Shown piece after piece: positions 49,505-59,630 of a stretch of DNA of 64,000 nucleotides. The notes below the pieces were generated by a model that was given only the letters and a program-made list of their open reading frames with translations, did not search any database and was not told the origin of the DNA. The position numbers were made by a program, and so were the translations under genes. Each line of letters begins with the position of its first letter. Position 1 is the stretch's first letter. This stretch comes from a virus, in IMG/VR virus record IMGVR_UViG_3300036766_000678, positions 64,001 through 128,000 of that record. One strand, given 5' to 3'.

Positions 49505-52218
49505 TTACGGAAGTGTAATACGAACAATTCCCTTTGCATATCGAACAAGAAACCCAATATCTTCCCAAATCTTCCTGTTACTTAAACCTTTTATCAAGGC
49601 GAGTAATTATTTCTAATTACTTCTTCATATTTCTATGAAGTTCGGACTATAACTTCATCCTTTCGGAGTCAGGCGTTTAGTCTCTACGGATTCTGAAAAC
49701 TTCTTCAGTCTTTCCTCGGTATTGTCTTCAACATTACTTGGTAAGAGTTCCACCGATACGGCCTAATTTTACTTCACCATTTGGAGGTACAATTTCTTGC
49801 ACACTTGTTTTATTTTAGCGAAGACATCTGCCATCTTATTAACCATTATGTTACGACTCTCTTTGCAAAGAAAGCGGTTAATCATTTCTGATTAACTCTT
49901 CATATTTCTATGAAGTTCGGATCATGTCATTATCTTTCGATATTCTGTGTATGATCTCTACACATTTCCTTATTTCTAAGGGTTAGCTCGAAGTTGCCTT
50001 TTGCCTTTCGGCAGTCAGGTTTTCTTCGAATTAGCAGAATTTTAGAAGGACATTAAAAATATTAGAAACTATTTTTAGAAGTTTATCCTTCATCGTTTCA
50101 ACTAAGAGGTCAGTACGAACAGCCAACACGCCAAGATAATCAGCGGGAGCGAGAACGTAACACTCTGAAGAAGGAACAACGACGGACTCTAGAACGTCAA
50201 CACCCATAATTCCACCTACGCGACCAGCTTTGAGGGCCATGTCCTGGAAATTAGGAGCGAAGATTCCTGCCCCGCCTGTACCAGAAGTAGTCGTATTGAA
50301 TAGAATTAGATCCTTACGTGTGAATGGATTGATCCATAGTTTGGAAGGAACCAAAAGCTTTGAGCTTAGAGTAACAATACCAGTTGCTAGGGCTTCCATC
50401 GTAAGTTTTGTTCCACCTGCGGAAAATACCGTAGGGTTGTTTGTTGCAGCACTCGTACCTGCGAGTGAAGCTACTGGGGTCTGATTCGTTAAGCCGGAGG
50501 CGAACAGAATCAACTGATAACCACGAGTATCTTCCTGTAGCATGATTGAGGCTTTTGCACGTTCTTGCTGTCTATTACTTTATGACCTACTGAGGTAGGC
50601 GGATAATTATTTCTAATTATCTCTCATTATTACTAATGAGGATGGACTATGACTTCACCCTGTTTAAGGGGCTCTACGTTTAGTCTCTGAGGATTTTGAA
50701 GATAATTAATAATTTTATTTTTAAGTTTCAAGACATCTTTTAACTCATAACTCCAAATAACAAGACATTCATGCCCGACTTCTTTGTATTGTTGAATTAC
50801 TTTAACTTCTTCATCTTTAGAATGAAAATGTTCTCCAAATAACTCAATCAATTTATTAGAATTTTTTACAACAAAGTCAGGATATTTTACATGCCCATCA
50901 TTTAAAATTACTTGAAAAGTAGCATCTCCAGTATATTCAATTTCAGAAAAACCTAAATTAAGAATCTGTTTCTCAGCATAGTTTGGTCTTTCACAACCAT
51001 TAGAAAGACATTCATGAGCAATCTCTCTAACCTTCATTACGTTATCTACTCCATATTTATTAAAAACACCATCTCTAGTTTTTAATTGAATTTCTGGAAC
51101 AGACAAAGTAGATTCAACACCATACTTATTTAAATTAGATTCTTTTCTATTTTCTACTGCTTTATCTTGGAAATCTGAAATCATCTCTTTCCAAGAATTT
51201 TGGTATTCTTCTGAATTATATTTACTATCTGGATCTTGCCATTTTTCTGAAACTTTAACACGTCGTTTGTCTTGAAATTCTTTAACTTGACTGGGATTAG
51301 AAACACCATACTTTTCCATACAAGTCTTTTTAGCTGAACTTATTCTCTTAACATTAAGAGAAGAATCTTCTAAAATAGCAAGTGGAAATTTCTGCCTATA
51401 GATATCAAAAGCCATACCATGTGTAAGCAAATGTGTTTTAGTAATCTTTAAAAAAGAATTCTGGCAAACTTCGCAATTAATCATTTTCAACCTTTCCTGC
51501 AAATTGTCCTCTTATTAATTATATCATAAAAGGATGTCCTTGCATATGGTAGAGTTTTACTAAATCTCTTTCGAGATTAGGAACCCATTGTGTTAAGTTC
51601 TGTTAAGAACATCATATTTCCTAAAATTACTTTCATTCCATCTAATCATAGGTCGAGTCGAAATAGGCGACGTTTCAACACGAATACGATCAGCTAGAAC
51701 TTCGAGCTGTTGGGGAAGTCCTTCTACACTAATAGATGCAGCAGGAACATCGAGATCAGCATCGAAAACAGCTTCCTCACCCAATGCCAACTTGTAGGTT
51801 TGGAATAGCTGACGAATACGGCCTTCATACAGAAGGTCTCGCTTTAGGGGCGATAACCATTATGTTAACTATATATTTCTATATAGATCGGACTATATCT
51901 TCATCCTATTTTATTAGGAGATCAACGTGTAGTCTCTACGGATTCTTGAAAACATCTTCAAGTCTTTCCTCGGTATTGTCTTGATAACGAACGTGCAAGT
52001 TCACCATCAGGTTTCCACCGATATAGTTGATTTTTTCCCATTCTCATTACTGAGAAGACAGACGTTTATGGTTGTGTATGGATAGGAGATTCTTTCAAAA
52101 TCTGTTGGGCGATCTTTTGAAGACCCCCAGGCGAATTCATCAGCCGAGTTAGTTTTTCTTCAACTTGGGCACTTGAAAGTACCTCGGATGAAGCTGTAAC
52201 ATTCAGCTTGTCATTCAT
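49505..52218 (-). CDS. Major capsid protein, spliced from 5 exons (52218-52100, 51857-51596, 50567-50085, 49843-49817, 49570-49505); 318 aa
   Basis: Joining at U| and G| boundaries gives one 957-nt open frame (..KIAQQ-M-LSPLKR..LNRT-QERAK..TMKD-VNKMADVFA-IWEDIG..TLP*). Capsid identity inferred from synteny (after protease and decoration genes) and size. Confidence 0.8.
49571..49816 (-). mobile_element. Group I intron 4 (246 nt, no ORF)
   Basis: P7 GAGACUA / AUAGUCC; IGS UCCAAAU-GGUGAAG pairs both exons; ends in G. Confidence 0.9.
49844..50084 (-). mobile_element. Group I intron 3 (241 nt, no ORF)
   Basis: Variant P7 GAUCA/UGAUC; IGS GUCCUUC pairs exon GAAGGAU; ends AACAUAAUG. Confidence 0.85.
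50568..51595 (-). mobile_element. Group I intron 2 (1028 nt) with endonuclease ORF
   Basis: P1 GAACU/GGUUC; CUCAGAGACUA and CAUAGUCC; ends in G. Confidence 0.88.
50633..51502 (-). CDS. Intron-encoded Vsr/PD-(D/E)xK-like homing endonuclease
   Basis: KYPDFVV..KLIELFGEHFH..CLVIWSYEL; KYGV repeats; 3' end overlaps the intron core. Confidence 0.75.
   Translation of the reverse strand: MQERLKMINCEVCQNSFLKITKTHLLTHGMAFDIYRQKFPLAILEDSSLNVKRISSAKKTCMEKYGVSNPSQVKEFQDKRRVKVSEKWQDPDSKYNSEEYQNSWKEMISDFQDKAVENRKESNLNKYGVESTLSVPEIQLKTRDGVFNKYGVDNVMKVREIAHECLSNGCERPNYAEKQILNLGFSEIEYTGDATFQVILNDGHVKYPDFVVKNSNKLIELFGEHFHSKDEEVKVIQQYKEVGHECLVIWSYELKDVLKLKNKIINYLQNPQRLNVEPLKQGEVIVHPH
51858..52099 (-). mobile_element. 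Group I intron 1 (242 nt, no ORF)
   Basis: CCGUAGAGACUA and GAUAUAGUCC; IGS GUCUGU pairs exon ACAGAU; ends AACAUAAUG. Confidence 0.9.
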
Positions 52219-52286
52219 ATAAATCTCCTTTAAATTACAAGTCAGCCTCACGGCCAATCTTGTTTACAACTAAACTCTAATTAAAA

Positions 52287-52757
52287 TTAGAGAATTGACT
52301 TAATTTCCAACTGGGTAGGATTGGTAGCAGTATCGTAACCAACAACATATCCAACAATAACGCCCGTTGTGGTAGCAGATGTGATAATACCATCTGTTGC
52401 ACTAGACGTGTATACTGGAGCATTAACTGCATACGTTGTGGCTGCGTAAGGTGATCCACGACCATCATCAAACAGGACGAAATCTCCACCGTTTAAATAA
52501 ACGGATTCGAGACCTCCCCTATTAAAATTCGTGTAATCAAAACCTTGACCAGCTACTTCACCATTTGAGGGTTGGAGTGGGAAAAATACATTTGATTCAA
52601 TTGCAAGACCATAGGGCTTACCAGTTGTATTGGTTTTGACCCAAGGCTGAACTGTTCCATCTGCATTAATCTGTAATGCCATTCCACCAACAATATTCCC
52701 AGAGAGAATTTTGGCACCGCCGCTGCGGTTAACTTCCTTAATCTGACGTATTGCCAT
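52287..52757 (-). CDS. Putative head decoration/cement protein
   Basis: 156 aa from MAIRQIK (AAGGAG SD), directly upstream of the capsid gene. Confidence 0.6.
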   Translation of the reverse strand: MAIRQIKEVNRSGGAKILSGNIVGGMALQINADGTVQPWVKTNTTGKPYGLAIESNVFFPLQPSNGEVAGQGFDYTNFNRGGLESVYLNGGDFVLFDDGRGSPYAATTYAVNAPVYTSSATDGIITSATTTGVIVGYVVGYDTATNPTQLEIKSIL

Positions 52758-52960
52758 AATAGACTCCTTGTTTTTTATTTTGTGTTTTGTAACAGGCGAG
52801 TCTAGTCTTTTCTTAGTTGAGGGGTACTTATTTAAAGGCCACACAACATGTGTGGAAAATTGTTTATCTTTTATACTTTTAAACGAGGCTAAACATGAAA
52901 CGAATAAGATGTTATAAATTTTCCAATATAACAAATTTTGAACCTAGGTTTTATTCAAAT

Positions 52961-53527
52961 CTATTTTAATCCTGCTTCTTCTAACAACTTACCATACCAT
53001 TCTGACACTTCAAGTAAATTGCATTTATTATGCTTTCGGGCATTCTGGGTTTGTGTAAGACATTGTAAATTCCAAGAAACATGTAATCCAGATACTTTTT
53101 TACCTTGCAATGGAATATAATGATCCCCAACCATATCATCTGGTTTATTTTTATAAAATTCAATTATATTATCCCAGTCTGTCCAAGCTACCTCTCTAAG
53201 ATTTCTATTTGTCTGATTTTTGATATTGTATGCTAAACATTTTTCTCGATTATTTATAAAATATTGCCTATCAATTTCGGCCTTTTGTTCTCTATGATTA
53301 TCCCACCATTCTTTTTGTTTGAGTGCTAAAATAGGGCCATTTTCAGTACGATAATCTTTCATTTTAGCCAAAAGAATATCTCTATGTTCTTGAAAATATT
53401 CTTTATAATAATTAGAGTTTTCTAAACTCCATTGCCTTTTACAATCATTACAAGCATTTCTGGAATCTCTTCCATAAATATTTGTGTCATGACCATGTTT
53501 ACAAAATTGAGATTTAGGTCTAGCCAT
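52961..53527 (-). CDS. HNH homing endonuclease with CxxGH module
   Basis: DHYIPLQGKKVSGLHVSWNLQCL. Confidence 0.85.
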   Translation of the reverse strand: MARPKSQFCKHGHDTNIYGRDSRNACNDCKRQWSLENSNYYKEYFQEHRDILLAKMKDYRTENGPILALKQKEWWDNHREQKAEIDRQYFINNREKCLAYNIKNQTNRNLREVAWTDWDNIIEFYKNKPDDMVGDHYIPLQGKKVSGLHVSWNLQCLTQTQNARKHNKCNLLEVSEWYGKLLEEAGLK

Positions 53528-53529
53528 GT

Positions 53530-56500
53530 TTATTTTTTAGGTACATCATTAATTGTCTTATGTTTTAATGTGCCCATACTTCTAAAAATATTTCCAACTT
53601 CGTCATGATCACTAGGATCATAAGTCAAATAAGGGACACGAGTGGCTTTCTTCTCATTAACTGTAGAAGAGGGCATTGGAAGTTCTTCAATAGCTTTTTC
53701 CATGGCCTTTAACGCCATATCATCGAAGGCAAGTAATTCTTTATGCTTGGCCTTAATTGCATGAGTCATAGCTTTATGACGAGCATCTAATAGATAAGTA
53801 CCAGATTTAAGTTCACTATCTAGTACATCTGGGCTCAATTGAAGAACATTTTTGTCAACCATATTAGCAACAATTTTCTGGCATCGTTCAGAACGTGCAG
53901 AAAGAATAGCAGCAAATTTCTTTGCTTTCTCTTCCTCTTGAGCCTTAACTTCAATAGCTTTTAGTTCGGCCTCTTTCTTAGAAATAGCTTCCTCACGAGT
54001 TTTAAGAGCAGATTCTTTCATACCCATTTCATCTTCATGAGCTTCTTCAAGTGCGGGATGCTCTTCAACTTTAGGAGCCTCTTCCATCTTAGGAGCTTCT
54101 GGCATAGCGGGAGCCATCTCAGGCTTTTTTTCCTCAACTGGAGGAAGACCAAGAACAGCTTTCATAAGCTTAAGCACTTCACCAACTTCTTTACCAAAAC
54201 CATCTGGCAATCTTTTAACTTCCTTGCCATCTTTCTCAATAATAACTTCTTTAGATTCTTTGTCCTTATGAGCAGAGTATCCTTCACCAATATCAAGTTT
54301 ATCTGCTTTATCAAATGCAGAAACTTCTTCTTTAGGAGTATCACCAGGGAGAGCTAAATTCTCAGTTTCGTGCTCAGGAACTCCAGCAGGTTTCTCTTCA
54401 ACCTTAACATCATCAACTAAAGGATCTGCGTGTTCAGGTGTAGGAGGCATTTCAGTTGCAGCAGATTTATTAACAGCCACATCTGGCTCTTTTGTAAGAT
54501 TAGGAGTAGTATGTTCTGTTTTACCTTTAACAGCTTCATCAGGCTTGCTAGAGGGATTAGAAGAAGGTTCCTTTTTATCCTTTACTGCTTGATCTGGTTC
54601 CTTAGTTAAATTAGGTGTCTTATTTACTTTATCCCCATCAACACTTGTTTCAGGAGTAGCAGATTTGCCTTCTTCTGGTAAAGTTGTACCCTTAACAGAT
54701 TCATCTGGTTTTGCATCAAATTTTTTCGTACCTTCTGGTAAAGTAGATCCATCAACTGCTTCTGTTGGTTTATCAGCTGCTTTCTTTTCCATAATAGTCT
54801 CCTGAGATGATTTCTTTGGAACATCCATACCCTTTTCTCTAGCTTCAGAATAGGCTGCTGCTACCGCTTGGGCTCGTTCCATTCCATCTTCTTTAATATG
54901 TTTTTCTACATGCTTCTTAATAAATTCTTGTGCTTCGGGTGTCATTGAAGACCACTTAATTTGTGCATTAGCTTCTTTATAATTAACAGAGGCTTTCTTT
55001 TCATCAACTAATTTGCAAGGTTTACCATTCATACTATGTCGTCCATATTCCAGCATCTCACCACATTCGGGACATTTTGTTGCTGCTTCTTTTTTAGAAC
55101 CCTTCTCTTCAGCTTCCATTTCCTCAGTTCCCTTAGCTACATAAGAAGTTTCAACCTCTTTCTCTGATTTCTCCAGTTTCTTCTCTTCTGGATTCTTAGG
55201 AGTAGTGGTAACTTCTTTACCTTCAGCTTCAGGCTTAGGTTCTGAATAATCTGTTTTTACTTCTTTTGCTTTAGGGGCGGCAGGTCCTGTTTGACCCTTT
55301 TCCTGCCCTGGCATTTTAAATTGTGGATCAGTCTTAGCATCTGTACCTGCTGGTGCTGCTGGACCTTTTTGAGCTTGTTCCTGTCCTGGTTTTGTTACTG
55401 GGGAATTTTTAACATTGTGTTCTTTATTATTTGTGCCAGTAGAAGGTTTTGCATAACTACCATCAGGTCCTAGTTCTGGACCTTTTGCGGTTTTATTTAA
55501 TTTATGTGTTACATCCCATAAATCAGCCAATTTCTCAATTCCTTCTTTAGTATAACGAGCAACAACCTCTTTACCATATGCTTCACTGGTTGCCCATTTC
55601 TGATCATCAAAAGAAAGTGTTTCAAATGTACTACCCCAAATATCTTTAAGAGAAGCATCTAATAGGCACTTAGCATCTTCATACACTGACCAAGTAGAAG
55701 CAAGTACATTATTTTTATCTTCATTAAATTTGGCTGAGATGGAAGATTTCTTATCTTTTTTCTTCCCATAATCACATGTTACACACGTAACTTCATCCCC
55801 CACTTTACGGGCAGCAACACTATCACAGTTTGGACATTTGACAAATTCTGTTTTAGCTGTTTCTTTTCCCAATTCCTCTTTAGCCACTGCTTCAACTTTC
55901 TTTTCCAATAATTGAGCAGCAAAGCTATCTTTTACTTTAGCCACAATTCTAGATAGAAATGTTTCTTCTTTCTTAGTGGCATCAGCAACCACTTCTTTAT
56001 TAACTACTTCGTTAGCTTTCTTGGTTTTATGCTGAATATAGCTCTCAAGTTGCTCCATTTCTAGGGCGGAAATTTTTGATAAAATCTTTTTTTGATCTTC
56101 GGATACAATATTCTTATCTGACATGGATGACTCCTTGGATGATTCTTGTGCTTCTTTATCAGTAGTTGGGCAAATTCCGCAGAACTCAGCCTTCAAATTT
56201 TTTGCTGTCTCTGAATCTACTTTAGTTAAAAGACCTTCAAATTGTTTTACAAAATCTTGTTGCTCATCTTTAGAAAGAGCGGCGGTTTTCGAAAGTCTGC
56301 TTCTCATATTGCTTAAAATTGTTTTCACAATCGCTTTAGGGTCTGCGGGAATTCCAACCAAAGACAATTCATTGAATGCAATCCCACTATTTAAAGACAT
56401 GGCTTTAACTTTTTGACCTTTAGAAATGTTATACTTAAGATTATCAACTTCAGCATCAAACTCATGTCCCAAAGAAAATGCTTCAAGATGTTTACAACGT

Positions 56501-58236
56501 GGATCAGCATCTGAATGAAGAACCAAACCACACACGCTACACGCACTTTCATCAACGGAACAATTGTGAACAGCAACACCATTAACAAGATAAGAATTTT
56601 TCTCTTTAACACTAAAATTATAGACAAGTAATTTTTGATCTTCTACTTCAATACCACTAATTGGGATCATTAAATAATTATTTACTAAAAGTTTCTGTTG
56701 TTTATTACCACCTACAGGCAAACCAGTAGGAATCTTATCACAATATTTTGCCATTTCATGTAATGATTCCCCTGAAATACAAATTCTATATGTTCTAGAG
56801 GCAGCAATTGTTTTAGTGCCACTTTTAAAATTAGCTATTTTTTCTTTATAATGCTTTTCTTCTAATGCAAAAAGAAGAGAAGCACGACAAAATAACCATG
56901 CCATCTGATAAATAAAAGCTTGGGAAGCAGTTTCCAAATAGGCACGTCTAATATGGGGATGAGCATCTTTTCTATTTATCTCTTCATAATCGCTATAGCA
57001 GCCATCCCCGCAAAGAAATGCTCCTAGAAGTTCTTTTTGGAATTCAATATTCCATAAAAGAACAGAGGGATCAAGCTTTTTAGTTTTAGCTTTTTCTCCA
57101 CCTAATTGCATTAATTTTTCTGCCAGTTCTTTATCATATATAAAAATACGGCAAGCATTTAATTTTGGATATTTCTTTATAGTTACTTTCTTTTTAGTAA
57201 TAGAGCTAATAAGGGTTTTAATCTCTTTAGCATATTTGGCTTCTTTTATATGCAAAGTAAACATTGCTCCACCAACTAAATTGCAACGACAAATCTTATT
57301 TACTTTTCTACATGGGTAACATTTATAATAAATAATATTGCCCTCTGCAAGATACCAACCTAAAAGACGTGCAAACTCTTTAGTTATATTATCGGGGGTT
57401 TTTTCTTCTTTAGAAAAGGGAAAAGATACATAATCCCCTGGACGAAGATTCTCAGCAGATATCCACTCAAAATATTTAGCATTACTGGCTATTTTTTCTA
57501 GGGATTGCCCAGTAATACTATGCCCTGCCTCAACTAAAGAGACAGAATTTAAAATATTAATTATGTTCTCTTTTTTTATGCTCCAAAAAGGATGTTCATT
57601 TGTGGCAGTAATAGGAAGTTTTGTAAATCCTAAAAGTTTTAAAGTATACATTAACCCGTCATAAGGTCTAATCATTGTTTCAATTACTTCATCAGAAAGA
57701 CCTAAATGATTTAAAACTTTATCCCCTACTTTGATATCTTCGATATTTTTAAAGGTATGATCGGATAGTAAAATTTGGGTCCCTTCTTTAAAACAACCCA
57801 TACTCACCGTGTTCAAAATACCAGTTTGAACTTGCCTCGCTAGTTCAGGAAATAAATATTTATCGAGCTTCGCTAATACTTCAATATATTTCTCACCAGT
57901 CTCTGGATCTTCAACAGGATATGAGTCGATGAGTCTGCCCACGGCTTTCAAAACCGAATCAGCCGAATGGTCTATGTACAATCCCTTTCCTTGAAAAGAA
58001 GCATAACTTTTTAAAAGATCATCCCAACCAAACGCATCCCAATTGCCGTTAGCTCCATTTGTTTCATAACTTGAAATTGCACGAGCCCTCAGATACAAAA
58101 ACTGTTCGTTTTTAGGTTCAATGATATGTGAAGATCCTGGAACCTTTTCTTCCATAGGACGATCAATCAATAATTCTTCCACTGCTGCGGCAGTTTTTAA
58201 AATCTTCCATGAAGAACCAATTTTTTGTAATGACAT
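53530..58236 (-). CDS. Prohead protease-scaffold polyprotein with intein
   Basis: N-terminal protease (YIDH..., VSMG) and a long acidic E/K/P-rich coiled-coil C-terminus. Confidence 0.75.
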   Translation of the reverse strand: MSLQKIGSSWKILKTAAAVEELLIDRPMEEKVPGSSHIIEPKNEQFLYLRARAISSYETNGANGNWDAFGWDDLLKSYASFQGKGLYIDHSADSVLKAVGRLIDSYPVEDPETGEKYIEVLAKLDKYLFPELARQVQTGILNTVSMGCFKEGTQILLSDHTFKNIEDIKVGDKVLNHLGLSDEVIETMIRPYDGLMYTLKLLGFTKLPITATNEHPFWSIKKENIINILNSVSLVEAGHSITGQSLEKIASNAKYFEWISAENLRPGDYVSFPFSKEEKTPDNITKEFARLLGWYLAEGNIIYYKCYPCRKVNKICRCNLVGGAMFTLHIKEAKYAKEIKTLISSITKKKVTIKKYPKLNACRIFIYDKELAEKLMQLGGEKAKTKKLDPSVLLWNIEFQKELLGAFLCGDGCYSDYEEINRKDAHPHIRRAYLETASQAFIYQMAWLFCRASLLFALEEKHYKEKIANFKSGTKTIAASRTYRICISGESLHEMAKYCDKIPTGLPVGGNKQQKLLVNNYLMIPISGIEVEDQKLLVYNFSVKEKNSYLVNGVAVHNCSVDESACSVCGLVLHSDADPRCKHLEAFSLGHEFDAEVDNLKYNISKGQKVKAMSLNSGIAFNELSLVGIPADPKAIVKTILSNMRSRLSKTAALSKDEQQDFVKQFEGLLTKVDSETAKNLKAEFCGICPTTDKEAQESSKESSMSDKNIVSEDQKKILSKISALEMEQLESYIQHKTKKANEVVNKEVVADATKKEETFLSRIVAKVKDSFAAQLLEKKVEAVAKEELGKETAKTEFVKCPNCDSVAARKVGDEVTCVTCDYGKKKDKKSSISAKFNEDKNNVLASTWSVYEDAKCLLDASLKDIWGSTFETLSFDDQKWATSEAYGKEVVARYTKEGIEKLADLWDVTHKLNKTAKGPELGPDGSYAKPSTGTNNKEHNVKNSPVTKPGQEQAQKGPAAPAGTDAKTDPQFKMPGQEKGQTGPAAPKAKEVKTDYSEPKPEAEGKEVTTTPKNPEEKKLEKSEKEVETSYVAKGTEEMEAEEKGSKKEAATKCPECGEMLEYGRHSMNGKPCKLVDEKKASVNYKEANAQIKWSSMTPEAQEFIKKHVEKHIKEDGMERAQAVAAAYSEAREKGMDVPKKSSQETIMEKKAADKPTEAVDGSTLPEGTKKFDAKPDESVKGTTLPEEGKSATPETSVDGDKVNKTPNLTKEPDQAVKDKKEPSSNPSSKPDEAVKGKTEHTTPNLTKEPDVAVNKSAATEMPPTPEHADPLVDDVKVEEKPAGVPEHETENLALPGDTPKEEVSAFDKADKLDIGEGYSAHKDKESKEVIIEKDGKEVKRLPDGFGKEVGEVLKLMKAVLGLPPVEEKKPEMAPAMPEAPKMEEAPKVEEHPALEEAHEDEMGMKESALKTREEAISKKEAELKAIEVKAQEEEKAKKFAAILSARSERCQKIVANMVDKNVLQLSPDVLDSELKSGTYLLDARHKAMTHAIKAKHKELLAFDDMALKAMEKAIEELPMPSSTVNEKKATRVPYLTYDPSDHDEVGNIFRSMGTLKHKTINDVPKK
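56563..57795 (-). mobile_element. Intein (411 aa) with LAGLIDADG endonuclease
   Basis: SMG|CFKEGTQI...LLGWYLAEG...LLGAFLCGDG...VYNFSV...AVHN|C. Confidence 0.92.
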
Positions 58237-58238
58237 AA

Positions 58239-58889
58239 TTATTCCTCAACAATTCCCTTAAGCAAATTTCGAGCCTTATTCAAACTTGTTTCAACATTAA
58301 AATTCTTGATTTCATCCCATTCTTCATCTGTCAATTCTTTCTTAGGAGGTATTGCTTCCTCAGTAACATCGTGTAAAGAAGGCTGCTCTGGGATTTGTTC
58401 CCATTCTTTTTTAGGAACATATTGATATTTTTTCTTTGGTTCTAAAGGAACATTAACTTGTTTTGGTTTTTGAACAGGTGCTTGCCTAACTCGTTTAGGA
58501 GCAACAGGAGTCTTTGTTTTTGGTGCATATTGTGGTGTTGAAATACTTGTGTCGGTGTTTCCATATGAATCAACACGAACATCAGACAAGTTTGGGCCAG
58601 AGACAATCAATGTACAATTAATATCGCCTGGATGCGATTTTTCGAATAAGGGGGCCGAAAAATTTAAACCCCCTACAAAATCTTCTATATTCCACTTTTG
58701 ACGATTTAGATCGACGCAACGTGAGTGCCTAGACGCGCCTGAGTCCCATTCTACAATCTGATACCCCTGGGAAGCTAAATCTTCCAATACTGGTAAGGAC
58801 ATATCCTGACGAGTATTTCCTACAGCCTGTTTATTTAGCCTGTTTATTTTTTGAGCTTTTTCGGCTAGTTTTTCTTCCCAATTGGTCAT
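58239..58889 (-). CDS. Putative minor head protein (Mu gpF/SPP1 gp7-like C-terminal motif)
   Basis: W...RC..LN...W...HP..NC.L; between portal and protease. Confidence 0.4.
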   Translation of the reverse strand: MTNWEEKLAEKAQKINRLNKQAVGNTRQDMSLPVLEDLASQGYQIVEWDSGASRHSRCVDLNRQKWNIEDFVGGLNFSAPLFEKSHPGDINCTLIVSGPNLSDVRVDSYGNTDTSISTPQYAPKTKTPVAPKRVRQAPVQKPKQVNVPLEPKKKYQYVPKKEWEQIPEQPSLHDVTEEAIPPKKELTDEEWDEIKNFNVETSLNKARNLLKGIVEE

Positions 58890-59118
58890 ATTTTAGTTCC
58901 AAATATTCGAGATTATCACTTGTTAAAAAATTAGGGCATTTACAATCAAAATTTGGTCTTGGATTACTTAGAATTTTTATCCACAAGCAGGGCTTCTTCC
59001 CTTTTCGTGAACAGGTAGCGTGATCAAAACGTGAATGCTTGCATGTTCGGCACCTATCTCTATTTGTTTCTTCTACTATTTGCATGTACCCTGAAAAATT
59101 ATATGTTTTGCTTATCAT
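58831..59118 (-). CDS. NLEYLE-family microprotein
   Basis: CRTCKH..H..CKCPNFLTSDNLEYLE. Confidence 0.65.
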   Translation of the reverse strand: MISKTYNFSGYMQIVEETNRDRCRTCKHSRFDHATCSRKGKKPCLWIKILSNPRPNFDCKCPNFLTSDNLEYLELKYDQLGRKTSRKSSKNKQAK

Positions 59119-59311
59119 AAAGGTACTCTAAATACTTCAAGTTCTCTTTAGGTAAAAATTCTGCACATTTACAAGCTAGAGTAAAATTCTTAAAAGCCAT
59201 ATAAATACATTTACCTGGTTTTTTATCCACATCAGTATGACTTAAAAAATAATGTTCACAATTCCTGCACAATTCGAAATTAAAAATATTCTTAATTCGT
59301 CTAATTGGCAT
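59099..59311 (-). CDS. NLEYLE-family microprotein
   Basis: CRNCEH..H..CKCAEFLPKENLKYLEYLY. Confidence 0.7.
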   Translation of the reverse strand: MPIRRIKNIFNFELCRNCEHYFLSHTDVDKKPGKCIYMAFKNFTLACKCAEFLPKENLKYLEYLYDKQNI

Positions 59312-59577
59312 TATCTTCCAGGCTCATTGTACCCATGTTCAGCCAAAATCTTAGAAGCCATTTTAATTAAATTATAATTTTTATCTTTAACACTACGTTC
59401 AAATTGTTTAAATGCTTGTTCATTTTGAACAGCCATACGAGCACAATCTATAGAAAATCCCATAAGCTGTGTAAGCAAAGAACCCATTAATATCGGGATA
59501 TTAAGCTCTTCTTGCCCATCAGATCCTACGATTAAATATTCATCTTCTTTTTTTGGTTTCTCTTGCATAATACCCAC
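59311..59577 (-). CDS. Hypothetical protein
   Basis: 88 aa with SD. Confidence 0.55.
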   Translation of the reverse strand: MGIMQEKPKKEDEYLIVGSDGQEELNIPILMGSLLTQLMGFSIDCARMAVQNEQAFKQFERSVKDKNYNLIKMASKILAEHGYNEPGR

Positions 59578-59630
59578 CTTATCTTATCCTTTTAATTAAG
59601 TTAAATGACTAAAAAATCGTATATAAACAA

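Noticed and set aside
50031-52257. ORFs 50031..50543, 51593..51790 and 52066..52257 as separate genes or a decayed pseudogene
   Set aside because: Better explained as exons of one spliced gene, since all four junctions restore the frame at group I consensus boundaries.
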